Assembly (NCBI GenBank): GCA_964389655.1
Contig: CAYMED010000008.1
Coordinates: 22,052-86,051, forward strand
Length of the DNA: 64,000 nt
Origin: an uncultured Candidatus Poseidoniales archaeon
GTDB lineage: Archaea; Thermoplasmatota; Poseidoniia; Poseidoniales; CAYMED01
Reading direction: 5' to 3'
The position numbers were made by a program, and so were the translations under genes. The notes below the pieces were generated by a model. That model did not search any database and was not told where the DNA came from. It saw only the letters and a list, made by a program, of their open reading frames with translations. Positions 1-10,000 of the stretch are shown here, in pieces. Each line of letters opens with the position of its first letter. Position 1 is the first letter of the stretch.

Positions 1-1240
1 CATCTCCCTCATCCTCTGTATCATCGGTATCATGGTCAAATCCAACCGCTAGGAAATCGGGGCCCTCCCCTTCACTACCCTCAGCCTTCAATCGCATTGG
101 TTTGAATATTCTGAATGTGCTAAATTCTTTTAGAATCACTTTCAATATGCCTTGTTTCACGCGGTCAGGGGGCAATGCCGTGCGGCTAGTTACTTGATAA
201 GCGACAAAAATATCTATTGAAACCTCGCGTATATTCACGTCAAAAGAAGCCCAATCAACCTTTAAAGCATATTTTTCGGCAGCCTCTTCGATACACCGAA
301 GAGCCAGTCTTTCAGTTTCCTCATCTGTGAGTTGATCATCAATGGATTGGTGATAGACTTTGTAAAGCAACGGATAGAGAATGAATAGACTAACTAGGCT
401 GAGGCTGAATGAGATGAATGCCATCCACCATGCGGGAACTCCTGCTGCACCCCCAGTTAGCATTGCAGTTTCACGACCGCCTCCAAGTTCGGCAGCCATC
501 AAGCCCCAACCCCATCCCGCCAAGGATTTGGTGGACCAGCATCCTCTCGCCCCTTCTCTTTCGATGCTAGCATGCTCTGAAATTTTTGATGACACACCGG
601 GTAAAAATGCAAAAAATCCTTTTTCTTCTTTACTAATTGTAACTTTTAATTCAGCAAACACAACTTCTTCGGTTTGGTTTGACGTTTGGTTAAGTTTTCC
701 TACTGAGATTCGGATGGTGTGCTCACCTTCATCCCACCCCGAAAATGGTGTTTGAAAGCGTGATGTATTTTCCACATAAGTCGCACTTTCAGCATTTGCA
801 TCTAGGATGATGCTCGTGTTTGTATTTTGAATGTTGACATTTTGTGTTGTCATAACAATCACGTGCGCATCGTTGTTTGGATATGCGTTGATCCATGGGC
901 TTGATTCTCGGTCTTCACAAGGGTCGCCAGTATCGAGCATGGTTTGGGAGAAGCTTCGGTCAATCCAAACTGATTCGCTCATAGCGGCAGGCATCAGTGG
1001 AACAATTATGAGTAAAATAGCATACAATATACCATATGCGAATCCAATAATGAGGAGAAGGTCTTCGAATGTACGTGGGAACCTAGTTGCCTCACTTTTC
1101 GTCCTTCTTGCGCGTATGTCCTCGATTTTCGCGTCAATCCTGTCTCGCGGTATGCTCGATGCATATTCCGAAGTTTCCCTCTCAATGGCATCATCCTCTT
1201 CGGCATTTATGCCGATCGGATGCTCATCGCTGGAATCCAC
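1..1240 (-). CDS. Hypothetical membrane protein, 3'-truncated by the window edge (not in ORF track)
   Basis: Manually translated open frame from a probable GTG at 1240 to position 1. It has an acidic N-terminus, a TM segment (LLLIIGFAYGILYAILLIIVPLM), a beta-rich region with NxS/T sequons, a second hydrophobic region (GWGWGLMAAELGGGRETAMLTGGAAGVPAWWMAFISFSLSLVSLFILYPLLY) and a soluble domain. Start is uncertain. Confidence 0.75.
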   Translation of the reverse strand, partial: MDSSDEHPIGINAEEDDAIERETSEYASSIPRDRIDAKIEDIRARRTKSEATRFPRTFEDLLLIIGFAYGILYAILLIIVPLMPAAMSESVWIDRSFSQTMLDTGDPCEDRESSPWINAYPNNDAHVIVMTTQNVNIQNTNTSIILDANAESATYVENTSRFQTPFSGWDEGEHTIRISVGKLNQTSNQTEEVVFAELKVTISKEEKGFFAFLPGVSSKISEHASIEREGARGCWSTKSLAGWGWGLMAAELGGGRETAMLTGGAAGVPAWWMAFISFSLSLVSLFILYPLLYKVYHQSIDDQLTDEETERLALRCIEEAAEKYALKVDWASFDVNIREVSIDIFVAYQVTSRTALPPDRVKQGILKVILKEFSTFRIFKPMRLKAEGSEGEGPDFLAVGFDHDTDDTEDEGD

Positions 1241-1499
1241 GGAGGCCGGTGGGGCGGTGGTCTTTTCTCCTTTCGCTATTTTGGCTATAGATTGCTGATC
1301 TGTAGTTTTTGTTCAAAGCAATCATTGGTATGTGTCTTTATGATTTGTTTGACACGAATAGTTCAAAGACGGCCAGCCAAGAACCGCTGCCTCGGAGGAC
1401 AGAATGTGCACCCCCTGACCCACCCCGCACAAGTTGAATTTGAGATGAATAGTCCCTTGCGATTCATGATGTCGCATGCCTTTGGTCGGAGGTGTATAG

Positions 1500-3203
1500 A
1501 TGAGTGAGGGGGGGGTTGACTCCATTCACGCAGAGGAATTAGACCGGGCGGTCCAACGGGTACTCGAAGCAGTTCCTAGTGCTGACCCCGATTTAGTGCG
1601 CGAGGAATTTGAACGGTATGAGAAAGATTTTCTCATGCCCCCAAAGAATGCCGTTCGATCGGTAGTAACTCGCATGCGAAAATCAGTAGGGGTGGTTGAT
1701 TCTGAATCAACCTATGAGCCCCCAGAAACTCAAGTGATAGAGACACTTGATGAAGTCGAACCTGGGACTTCAAACCTCACAATAGAAGTGCGCATTCTTG
1801 AGCATCGTCGTGTAGAACGAACAGTACGTGGTGAGCGCCGAACGATTGGGGCAGCCCGAATTGAGGACCGGCCTAATGCCCCTTCAAGTGAGAGGAATCG
1901 TTACGATTGTACTGACTGGGGGGACAATGAGGATTCACTTAGACCAGGGGCAGTTGCGCGCATCGAAGGTGCGCGGGTAAGTGAGTGGGAAGGGCGCCGC
2001 CGCCTTGAGATAAATCGGTCAAGCAGAGTTGTAGTTCTTGAGGCATCAACAGCCCCTGTGGTTCGTAGTGGGGATGTCATGAATATCTCAAAAGCATCTC
2101 GGGTGGAGGGTTCGGTCACCCTAGTTGCCCGCGTGATGTCGAAGGCAAATCGCACAATAACTCGTCGAGACGGATCTCAAATAGAGGTTGTTTCAGGCCG
2201 TCTAGGTGATTCAACAGGTGCAGTATCATTCACAGCCTGGGAGGGGTTTGACTGGGATGTTGGGGGGCTAATCCGAATTGCCGATGCCCTAATGCGTCGA
2301 TATCGAGACACTCCAGATCTGAGTTTTGGTCGTTATACAACAATCGAAGAATTTCATGATGCTGAATTCCCGACGCTGGATGAATTAGAACGTGATTCCG
2401 CAACTGAGATTCGCTCATTAACTGAAGGTGCCAGAGGTGTCTCTATCACGGCCGAAATCATTGAGATTTCATCCCGCAAGATCACAGTTCAAGGTGAAGA
2501 AAAAACCATTTGGGGTGGCGAAATTATAGACCCCACGGGAAGATGCCGATTCACTGTTTGGTCTGACCCGGAAATTGATTCAAGCAATACTCCCATGCCT
2601 GTACGTTTGCAAGATGTCCGCATCCGTGCTTGGCAAGGATTGCCTGATGTAACTATTGACAATGCAACTCAGATCATTCAACTAGAGGAAGTGCCATGGG
2701 AGGCTATAGACCCAATGAATCATTGGGTGACCTCTTCAATCGAGGAACTCACTGACAGTTCTTCAAGATCTTCTGTGCGCAGTACTGCCAAGATTGTATC
2801 CATCCGTGATGATTGTGGTCCTATCGAACGGTGCCCCGATTGTCGCCGCGTTTTGCGTGATGGAGAATGTGCAGATCACGGCCGAGTTGAAGGCATTCCA
2901 GATCTAAGATTGCGTTTTGTCCTTGATGATGGAAGGGCAGCTCTTACCACACTTCTTGGCAAAGATGCCACGGAATCTTTGTTATCTAAAACCCAAGATG
3001 TAATCGAAAAAGAAGTGCGGGAAGAGGGACAAGAACGCTTTGTCAATGAATTGCGTAAGCAGTGGCTGGGTGCTCAAATTGAAGTGACTGGCAGGACTAG
3101 GATGGATGATTTTGGCGGTTTTTTACTAGTTGACTCAGCGAAATCAGTGGGGCTTCGTGGTGCCGAATCAGTTGCTGAAATCAGAGAGAGGTGGGGTTTG
3201 TGA
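1500..3203 (+). CDS. rpa: Replication protein A, large subunit (multiple OB folds plus Zn finger)
   Basis: Repeated OB-fold motifs (GRLGDSTGAVSFTAW, GEIIDPTGRCRFTVW, DLRLRFVLDDG), a CPDC..CADH zinc finger, and a GGAGGTG RBS upstream. Confidence 0.9.
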   Translation: MSEGGVDSIHAEELDRAVQRVLEAVPSADPDLVREEFERYEKDFLMPPKNAVRSVVTRMRKSVGVVDSESTYEPPETQVIETLDEVEPGTSNLTIEVRILEHRRVERTVRGERRTIGAARIEDRPNAPSSERNRYDCTDWGDNEDSLRPGAVARIEGARVSEWEGRRRLEINRSSRVVVLEASTAPVVRSGDVMNISKASRVEGSVTLVARVMSKANRTITRRDGSQIEVVSGRLGDSTGAVSFTAWEGFDWDVGGLIRIADALMRRYRDTPDLSFGRYTTIEEFHDAEFPTLDELERDSATEIRSLTEGARGVSITAEIIEISSRKITVQGEEKTIWGGEIIDPTGRCRFTVWSDPEIDSSNTPMPVRLQDVRIRAWQGLPDVTIDNATQIIQLEEVPWEAIDPMNHWVTSSIEELTDSSSRSSVRSTAKIVSIRDDCGPIERCPDCRRVLRDGECADHGRVEGIPDLRLRFVLDDGRAALTTLLGKDATESLLSKTQDVIEKEVREEGQERFVNELRKQWLGAQIEVTGRTRMDDFGGFLLVDSAKSVGLRGAESVAEIRERWGL

Positions 3204-4126
3204 GTGCCGATATGCGTTCAAGGCGTCGGCGCGAGCCAGCATTGCGTATGTTCTCCGAAGAGATCAATCATTCCCATCTTCATCAAAAAGGGACTGGTGA
3301 ATTTGACCCCTCGTATGTGATTAGTCGATTAGGTGCTAGAGCCAATCGAGTGATCGTGGCGGGGCTTGTTGAGCGAATTGAGCGCCGCGATAATGAATCA
3401 GGTGCATCTTACAATGGCATCCTTACAGATCCATTGGGCCGCACGTATTTCCAAGTAGGGTCTTTTCAAGAAGATGTTCTTGACATCTCTGAAGAACTTG
3501 TTTCACGGCACGAAGAAGGTGAATCCTTGCTTCTTATGATTGTGGGGAAAACTAGGCATTGGGCGAGCCCAGAAGACGGCTCGGTATACATCAGTCTACG
3601 CCCAGAGGAGATCGCCACGATCGATCGAGACCGCTATGCGGATTGGATCCTTGAAACAGCAGAACATACTCTTGGCCGGATGCAAACAGTTCATGCTGTG
3701 AAGGAGATGGAACCTAATTATGAAGCGCTTGAATCAGCCGGAATCCGCGAAAATGATATCCAGCCACTTCTTGATGCACGCGCATTTTATGGCGACCGTT
3801 TTGATCCTGATTCCTATGCATTAGGGATTCTTCGTGCGCTTGACATGATCGGAAGCGGTGCAACTCTTGAGCCACCCAAGAATGCACCAATGGATGATGA
3901 AGTTTCAATTGATGATCAAGTCTTGCGTGATCATCTAATCCGATATGTCACCGAAACGGATGGGGGTAAGGGAGTTGATCACGAATCCATCGTACGCGCG
4001 GGTGAAGGTTTAGGTGCAAGTAGGTCACAAGCGGAAGAAATGCTCGAAACACTAACTGAAGAGGGGATTCTGTGGGACCGAGAGTTCGGATGGTACCGCG
4101 TTGTTGAAGAATCGGATGCTTCGTGA
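3200..4126 (+). CDS. RPA-associated protein (OB fold plus C-terminal winged helix; RPA32-like)
   Basis: RRREPALRMF..E, PSYVISRLGARANRVIVAG, SLRPEEI and a C-terminal wH-like segment. GTGA overlap with the rpa stop codon, the usual euryarchaeal pairing. Confidence 0.85.
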   Translation: MSADMRSRRRREPALRMFSEEINHSHLHQKGTGEFDPSYVISRLGARANRVIVAGLVERIERRDNESGASYNGILTDPLGRTYFQVGSFQEDVLDISEELVSRHEEGESLLLMIVGKTRHWASPEDGSVYISLRPEEIATIDRDRYADWILETAEHTLGRMQTVHAVKEMEPNYEALESAGIRENDIQPLLDARAFYGDRFDPDSYALGILRALDMIGSGATLEPPKNAPMDDEVSIDDQVLRDHLIRYVTETDGGKGVDHESIVRAGEGLGASRSQAEEMLETLTEEGILWDREFGWYRVVEESDAS

Positions 4127-4185
4127 AGTCCCAACTCGACGGAGCAGTTTGATAATGCAACCCGATAGTCCAACCCCGATAACCC

Positions 4186-4533
4186 ATGTCCGGTACACAG
4201 ACCTGCTTCCTCCGCGCCGCTGGTGGAGAGGATTGGCTCCAACTAGATGAATGTGCGATTAAGGTCTCAATTAATCGTCGGATGACCCGAACAGTGACGC
4301 ATGGGGGTGAAGGCGATGACCTTGTTGATGAAGGTGCGGAATCTGCAGAATACAAGATTACGGGGAAGATTTCTCTCGATGATTATAAGAAAGTCCTTGA
4401 GATCTTTCGTGGTGGTCAGCCCTTTTTCCACGAACCATATGAAGAAAAAGAGATGAAAGTCGTGTTCACCCGTCTAGAGTTTGATGGGGGTACAGGTGAA
4501 TACACATTCTCCTTGTCCGAGGACATTCGTTGA
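4186..4533 (+). CDS. Small protein resembling the phage tail-tube-initiator / Mu DNA-circularisation N-terminal fold
   Basis: 115 aa with pattern RR..(x)..DDLVDEG.ES.EY.ITG...DY...HEP...V...YTFSLSE. First gene of a tightly spaced four-gene operon. Fold call is by eye. Confidence 0.55.
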   Translation: MSGTQTCFLRAAGGEDWLQLDECAIKVSINRRMTRTVTHGGEGDDLVDEGAESAEYKITGKISLDDYKKVLEIFRGGQPFFHEPYEEKEMKVVFTRLEFDGGTGEYTFSLSEDIR

Positions 4534-4546
4534 ATGAGGTGATGAG

Positions 4547-5113
4547 ATGGTCCTTCCTGAAGAGCGTGATTTACTCTATGCTCTCCGGACTATGGAAGTT
4601 ATGATGTCTTCTGGGATTGGACTCGAAGCGGCTCTACTGAACCTCAGCCAGGGCGGGTATGGAAAGATCACCTCTGATTTCTCCAAGGCTCTAGAGGCTG
4701 TTGGGAAAGGAAAGCCATTGGATGCCGAATTAAGCAGGATGATGACAAAGACAAAATCAAAACCTTACCGGAAATTTATCACAACTCTGTACAATAATGT
4801 AACTAAGAATACTGATGTGGTTGATGATTTGCGCAAGCAAGGTGATTCAGAAGAAACTAGTCGTTCGGACAAGGTTGAGAAGTATATTGAAGCTCTGGGT
4901 GGACTTCCTGAAACCCTCCTCTCAATAGGTATGACCAGTCCATTGATCCTATCTATATTGGGCCTTTTCCCGCAATTGATGGGTGATTTGCAATTCATTG
5001 ATGTCCCTGATCAGGGGACAATTATGGCTGTGGTAAATGGAGGGCTCGCATTTACTGCCTTTGGTATGGCAATGGTTGGGATCAAAGCTCATACAAAAGA
5101 TCCTGGCCTATGA
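4547..5113 (+). CDS. Type II secretion F-family / Tad-like pilus platform protein
   Basis: LLYALRTMEVMMSSGIGLEAAL..YGKITSDF..GKPLDAEL T2SSF signature, two C-terminal TMs, GAGGTGA RBS. Confidence 0.85.
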   Translation: MVLPEERDLLYALRTMEVMMSSGIGLEAALLNLSQGGYGKITSDFSKALEAVGKGKPLDAELSRMMTKTKSKPYRKFITTLYNNVTKNTDVVDDLRKQGDSEETSRSDKVEKYIEALGGLPETLLSIGMTSPLILSILGLFPQLMGDLQFIDVPDQGTIMAVVNGGLAFTAFGMAMVGIKAHTKDPGL

Positions 5114-5123
5114 GGTGATTAGA

Positions 5124-5882
5124 ATGGTCGCAATGTTATTTGATTTCCTTGAATTCATAGGGGACTATCCCTCTATGAAGTGGTTTTTTCCTTTAGCACT
5201 CGCTTCACTTGGAGGGGCAGTCCCCCTCATGAGGGAGCGTGCTCGTAGGCGCGGCCTTGAACGCGGTCTCCCTGAAATGCTTGACACGATGGCGCAAACA
5301 GTTGGTGCCAATGAATCTGTGCAGGCTGCACTTGCGGCATATGCCGACTCAGGTCAAGGCCCCCTCGGTGACTTGGCTCGGACAGCGGTTCATGAAAGTC
5401 GTGAAACCACCTTTGAAGCCGCCATGACAAATCTGGCAGTTAATTCGCGCTCTGCCCAAGTCCAACGATCTGTGACAATCTTACTTACTGCAATCGAACA
5501 AGATTCTCCTCTTCGTGACCTGTTGCAACGAATGGCAGAGGGGATTGAACGCCTAAATGACTTGATGGACCAACGAGATTCGAATATGGGAGGTGCATCA
5601 TTGATGATGAAAATCATGGTTGGTATCATGCTTCCAGCAATTATTGCCACAGTAACTGGTTTATTCGCCTCACCTGCCTCGGGGATAGATGCTAGTGATC
5701 TCAATTCCTCAATTTCCACATTTTTAGGGGCTGCAACGATGATTTCGGTTGCAATTGGTGGCCGAATGCTTGGTCGTTTCCAAGAAACACTTTGGCAATT
5801 GCCGCTGTGGGGTTTCTTGTCAATGTTTTTGTATTCGTTCTTGTATATCGCAATTGGAAATACGATGGGCGGTGGGGTGTGA
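5124..5882 (+). CDS. Type II secretion F-family / Tad-like pilus platform protein (second paralog)
   Basis: LERGLPEMLDTMAQTVGANESVQAAL..GPLG T2SSF signature and several TMs. ATG 5124 follows a GAGGTGA RBS. Confidence 0.85.
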   Translation: MVAMLFDFLEFIGDYPSMKWFFPLALASLGGAVPLMRERARRRGLERGLPEMLDTMAQTVGANESVQAALAAYADSGQGPLGDLARTAVHESRETTFEAAMTNLAVNSRSAQVQRSVTILLTAIEQDSPLRDLLQRMAEGIERLNDLMDQRDSNMGGASLMMKIMVGIMLPAIIATVTGLFASPASGIDASDLNSSISTFLGAATMISVAIGGRMLGRFQETLWQLPLWGFLSMFLYSFLYIAIGNTMGGGV

Positions 5883-5893
5883 GGTGATCAGAA

Positions 5894-7138
5894 ATGCGTG
5901 ATGATTTGGAAATACTTGAGCAATATGGGCGGGTAACAATTTACAAGGAACCAGGCCATCCAAGCCCGATATACCACGTAGATGGTAATATTGAACCCAA
6001 TCCATATGGGAAGTTAAAGGCCCTATTTGATGATGACAATCTGGAAGAAGTAATGTACAATGGTGGAACTCAGTGCGTGAAAATCGCTCATCGTGAGCAT
6101 GACATGTGTCGTACCAATATTTGGATCGAAGATGAAGAAGGACTGCAAGTGGCAAAAAATATTGCTGCATTTACTGCAGTTCCGCTGGGTGATGGGCCAG
6201 GTCTTGTCCCAATTTTCGACGGGAGGCTACCAGATGGGTCGCGTGTGAATGGCACAATCCCCCCTGTATCTCCTGATGGTCCTACTCTGACAGTCCGTAA
6301 ATTTCAGGAAGATCCTCTGACAATTATTAATCTCCTCAAATTTGGAACAATGAGCACTCGTTTAGCTGCAACGCTTTGGTGCTATGTCGAGGGACTTGGT
6401 GCGAAACCGGCTAATTTTGTCATAGCAGGGGGTACAGGTTCAGGTAAGACCACGACACTCAATTGTCTTGGAATGTTCATTCCCTGGGACGAAAGGGTTC
6501 TTTCAGTCGAAGATACTGCTGAACTGCAGATTTATCATGACCATTGGCTTCGTATGGAAACTCGTGCTGAACGCCCCGATGGGACAAATGAAATTGACAT
6601 GGATGCATGTCTGAAGTCGAGTCTTCGAATGCGCCCAGATCGTGTTATTGTTGGTGAAGTTCGTGGGCCAGAGGCGGCGACATTATTGATGGCAATGAAT
6701 ACAGGCCACGATGGGTCATTTGGCAGCCTTCATGCAAACACTGCTGCAGAATGTGTAAACCGCATGATCAATCCCCCAATGGTGGTTCCAACGATCATGC
6801 TTAGTGCATTGGATATGATCATTATTCAGGCAAGGTTACATTATGGTGGCCGAACCGTGCGAAAAATCCTAGAAATATCTGAAATTGCAGGCATGGAGGG
6901 TTCTAAGCCAAGGTTGAATCAAATTTGGAAGTTTGATCCTATGACTGGTGAAATTGTTGAAACTGGAGTGCCAAGTAAATTGCGGGAAATAATATGCAAA
7001 GCAGCCGGGCTAACGCCAGCTGATTTCGATAATGCAGTTGAAGAGCGCGACAGGATTCTGACGGATTTACTTGAACGTGATATTGACAATATTCAGCAAG
7101 TTACTCGGGTTATTCAAGCCTATCACACGGCGCATTAA
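5894..7138 (+). CDS. CpaF/TadA/VirB11-family type IV pilus assembly ATPase
   Basis: Walker [17 protein letters not shown] Asp box, [15 protein letters not shown] Walker B, TGHDG..SLHA His box. Confidence 0.95.
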   Translation: MRDDLEILEQYGRVTIYKEPGHPSPIYHVDGNIEPNPYGKLKALFDDDNLEEVMYNGGTQCVKIAHREHDMCRTNIWIEDEEGLQVAKNIAAFTAVPLGDGPGLVPIFDGRLPDGSRVNGTIPPVSPDGPTLTVRKFQEDPLTIINLLKFGTMSTRLAATLWCYVEGLGAKPANFVIAGGTGSGKTTTLNCLGMFIPWDERVLSVEDTAELQIYHDHWLRMETRAERPDGTNEIDMDACLKSSLRMRPDRVIVGEVRGPEAATLLMAMNTGHDGSFGSLHANTAAECVNRMINPPMVVPTIMLSALDMIIIQARLHYGGRTVRKILEISEIAGMEGSKPRLNQIWKFDPMTGEIVETGVPSKLREIICKAAGLTPADFDNAVEERDRILTDLLERDIDNIQQVTRVIQAYHTAH

Positions 7139-7160
7139 AATTGCACAGTTGGAAGGTGTC

Positions 7161-9182
7161 TTAATCCTCAATTGATGTACCTTCGTCTTGGAGGACGATG
7201 CCCTCTTTTCTTGATCCACGAAGGCGCTGCATCAGATGATCTGCTTTGGACATGCGTTCGCGTATCTCATGAAGGCCCTTGCGTGCTTCAGAATAAGCAT
7301 CATCATCGATGGATGAATCATGCTGGTTTAGGTCCTTGATGGCTTCTCTATCACTACCAAATTTGTCAGCCAAGTCCTTCAAATTTGACACAACCTGGGC
7401 TAATTGGTGCTCGTCCATTGTAATCCCAGTTGGAAGCCGAGGGGCATTTTCTCGGCTTAGGTACCCCAATTCAACAGCCAATACTCCTGCTGCAGCTAAT
7501 ACTCTCGGGCGTATTTCGGGAGTGTTTACTGCATATTTCCGTTCTTCTAACATGCGTACCATCAGAGCCTGTTGTCGTGCGGCGAAATGTCCGTCATATC
7601 GCCGCATAATTGCCTCTACTAATCTCTCAAAACCTTCTATCCGTTCAACAATCCTGTCGATGACGTCCATTGATGCGGCACTGAGGCGATGGGCATCAAA
7701 ACGCAAGGATTCTATGGCTCTTCTCCGTCGTTCAGCGATGGGATCTAGGTTTGCTGCAGTTTCCCGGAGAGATACGTGCAAGTCAAACAGCCCGTGAACG
7801 CGGCCACTGACTGCAGGAAGTTCAAGTTCCAAACCATGTTCTACCATGGCCCTTTTTTCATACGCAACCCGTATTTCACGGACATCACCCCCAAATTCTT
7901 CAAACAAATCTTCTATAGAATCAACGAGATCTCCTCTCCGAAGTTCAAATCGGCGCAACGCCTCTCTTTCTCTCCAACTGCCGGGTCCGCGTGATTGGGC
8001 TTCATTTTCCGCACCCCGTAGTGAATCCATTTCTAGAAGAACTTCAATCAACCTTCTTTGAACAGCCGGCGAATCAGTAAGAATTCCAATCTCTCCACAT
8101 TTTTCGACGAAACGTGCCCTATCTCGCATTGCTGAGGGGTCCAGATTTAGGACCAATAATTCTCTAGCGATAGAGCGTATTTCTGCGACTCTCGCTTCTA
8201 CTTGGGCAATTTGGATTTGTACTTCTTGGGTGATGGTTTTTTCGTCCTGTTCTACTTCAAGTAACGATCTAGCACGCACTCTCGCCGAAGCGTCTTCTAG
8301 CCAACGATCGAATGCTTCCCCTGCCCTTGGGCGATGGAGTGGTACTCCGGATGCAACTAGATCAGTCCTCAATTTTGCTTCATCTTCAAACGCCCATCCT
8401 CCAGGATGTGCGTCTGCGAATGCTTCTATTCGACTGCGTAGTAAACTGGCTTCTGTTGCGTCTAATACTCCTTCGATGGCAAGAGGTGATGCTGGACTAG
8501 GGATTTGAAGAGCCACTTTTTGATGTTTGTTGGATTTGTCAATTGTCTCAACTAAATCTGAGAAGTCAGTTTTTTCTTCAGAAACGTCCATCAAATTTTC
8601 TTTAGGGTCTAGTGTGATATCAGGGGATGTTGTCTCCTTTTCAATTTCTCTTGGATTTTCTTCATGATCTAGTGTCATCTCTGCGGTGGACGGTAGGTTT
8701 CGTGGGGCTGAAACTGCTTGGGGTACATTGCTTCTCCGCATCGTTTTCTTTGCTTCCCCCCAATCTCCAGCATGCCGTTCTAATAATCCCGCCACCCTTC
8801 TCTCCATGTCTTTGGTCTTTCCAGATGTTGGTACACCTAACCCCTCGAGGAGGCTTTGAATTGATTTTTCACTGAGCTTCTCAACGTCATCGGGTTTTAA
8901 TTGGCGCCGGTCGTAATTAGCGTGTAAGAATAGGCGCTGTCGCTTTTCACTTTTTGATCCGGATGACTTTACGCCGAATGATTTTAGAAGATCTGTTAGG
9001 TGTGCGCTAGATAGTCTAGAGATTCCATCTGCAGTTAGGTCCCAATCCTGAAGAATTAGGTCCCTAATCAATCTTGATCGAAGATATCCGACACTTCCGG
9101 TTTTCGGTAATTTGTGATTCGTTGCTACTTCTTTGAGGGTTTCATGTCGAGCTGCAAGTAAATCTCCAAGTGCGATGCTCAT
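7161..9182 (-). CDS. Protein with three N-terminal SAP-like motifs and a long helical C-terminal region
   Basis: LKEVATNHKLPKTGSVGYLRSRL, LTDLLKSFGVKSSGSKSEKRQRL and IQSLLEGLGVPTSGKTKDMERRV fit the SAP pattern L..L...GL..SG.K..L..RL. 673 aa. Confidence 0.7.
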   Translation of the reverse strand: MSIALGDLLAARHETLKEVATNHKLPKTGSVGYLRSRLIRDLILQDWDLTADGISRLSSAHLTDLLKSFGVKSSGSKSEKRQRLFLHANYDRRQLKPDDVEKLSEKSIQSLLEGLGVPTSGKTKDMERRVAGLLERHAGDWGEAKKTMRRSNVPQAVSAPRNLPSTAEMTLDHEENPREIEKETTSPDITLDPKENLMDVSEEKTDFSDLVETIDKSNKHQKVALQIPSPASPLAIEGVLDATEASLLRSRIEAFADAHPGGWAFEDEAKLRTDLVASGVPLHRPRAGEAFDRWLEDASARVRARSLLEVEQDEKTITQEVQIQIAQVEARVAEIRSIARELLVLNLDPSAMRDRARFVEKCGEIGILTDSPAVQRRLIEVLLEMDSLRGAENEAQSRGPGSWREREALRRFELRRGDLVDSIEDLFEEFGGDVREIRVAYEKRAMVEHGLELELPAVSGRVHGLFDLHVSLRETAANLDPIAERRRRAIESLRFDAHRLSAASMDVIDRIVERIEGFERLVEAIMRRYDGHFAARQQALMVRMLEERKYAVNTPEIRPRVLAAAGVLAVELGYLSRENAPRLPTGITMDEHQLAQVVSNLKDLADKFGSDREAIKDLNQHDSSIDDDAYSEARKGLHEIRERMSKADHLMQRLRGSRKEGIVLQDEGTSIED

Positions 9183-9319
9183 GACCGGGGACGCTCCAAT
9201 TTCCTCTCTTCGGCCTTCTAGGTATCATATCCTTTTCCTTACCCGTGACCTATAATATGCCGTTCCGTGCACAAAGGATTGAAGGCCGAAGCCAAAGACG
9301 GCCCGTTTGGGGTCAAACC

Positions 9320-10000
9320 ATGGGAAGCTATTCCCGGCAGGCCAAGCGCGCACAACGCTCGGCTGAAGATGCACTAGCATCTTTGATCCAGACTATGCGT
9401 GCAGACCTTGATACTGTGATGTCTCGCTCGACAGAGAGGATGAAACGACGACTGGATGAAGTCACTTCAGCCCTTCATGCCGTTGCTTATTCGCGAGATC
9501 AAGCCGGGGGGGATGCTGCTGATGTCTCTCGCCAGCTTGAGCGCTTTCGCCGCAAAGTGGAAGACCCTCGCACCTCCCGTGAGGATTTGGCGCATCATTT
9601 AGAATCCCTCAAGGCCGAGATTTCTCGCGTCACTGGCCTATTTGATGAGTTGAGGCGTGAGGCTCAACAAGCCCTCAGTGATGGGCAGCGCAGTTCACAC
9701 TCGATCAAGGATATTGAGATGCGAATGAGTGAGTGTATGGCAAAATGGCAAACCAGTGCGAAAAGAGTAGATGAACTGGTATTTGACATGGATGACCGTG
9801 GCCAGCCATCTGATCTTGCAGATGCAATAAAGGCTATCGAGGTAGAAGGTTTTGATCTCCTTTTAGAGGATGACGTGGATCAAGTGGTGGGTGGTGCTCA
9901 AGGGCCCGAACTCATTGATCGATTGGAACCCGCTAGAGAAGTCGCAGAGCGCATTGATGCTGAAGTGGATCGGGATAATGAGCCCCAACCTATTGGATGA
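9320..10000 (+). CDS. Hypothetical all-alpha coiled-coil protein
   Basis: About 226 aa from ATG 9320. Heptad-rich, basic N-terminus, acidic C-terminus, divergent from the SAP-like gene. Confidence 0.65.
   Translation: MGSYSRQAKRAQRSAEDALASLIQTMRADLDTVMSRSTERMKRRLDEVTSALHAVAYSRDQAGGDAADVSRQLERFRRKVEDPRTSREDLAHHLESLKAEISRVTGLFDELRREAQQALSDGQRSSHSIKDIEMRMSECMAKWQTSAKRVDELVFDMDDRGQPSDLADAIKAIEVEGFDLLLEDDVDQVVGGAQGPELIDRLEPAREVAERIDAEVDRDNEPQPIG

Noticed and set aside
381-1525. Short ORFs here and the many antisense or nested ORFs across the track
   Set aside because: They are shadows of longer genes with recognisable motifs or intergenic noise, with no independent coding signal.
4186-4533. Prophage or provirus
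   Set aside because: No integrase, capsid, terminase or att repeats; the flanks are housekeeping genes.
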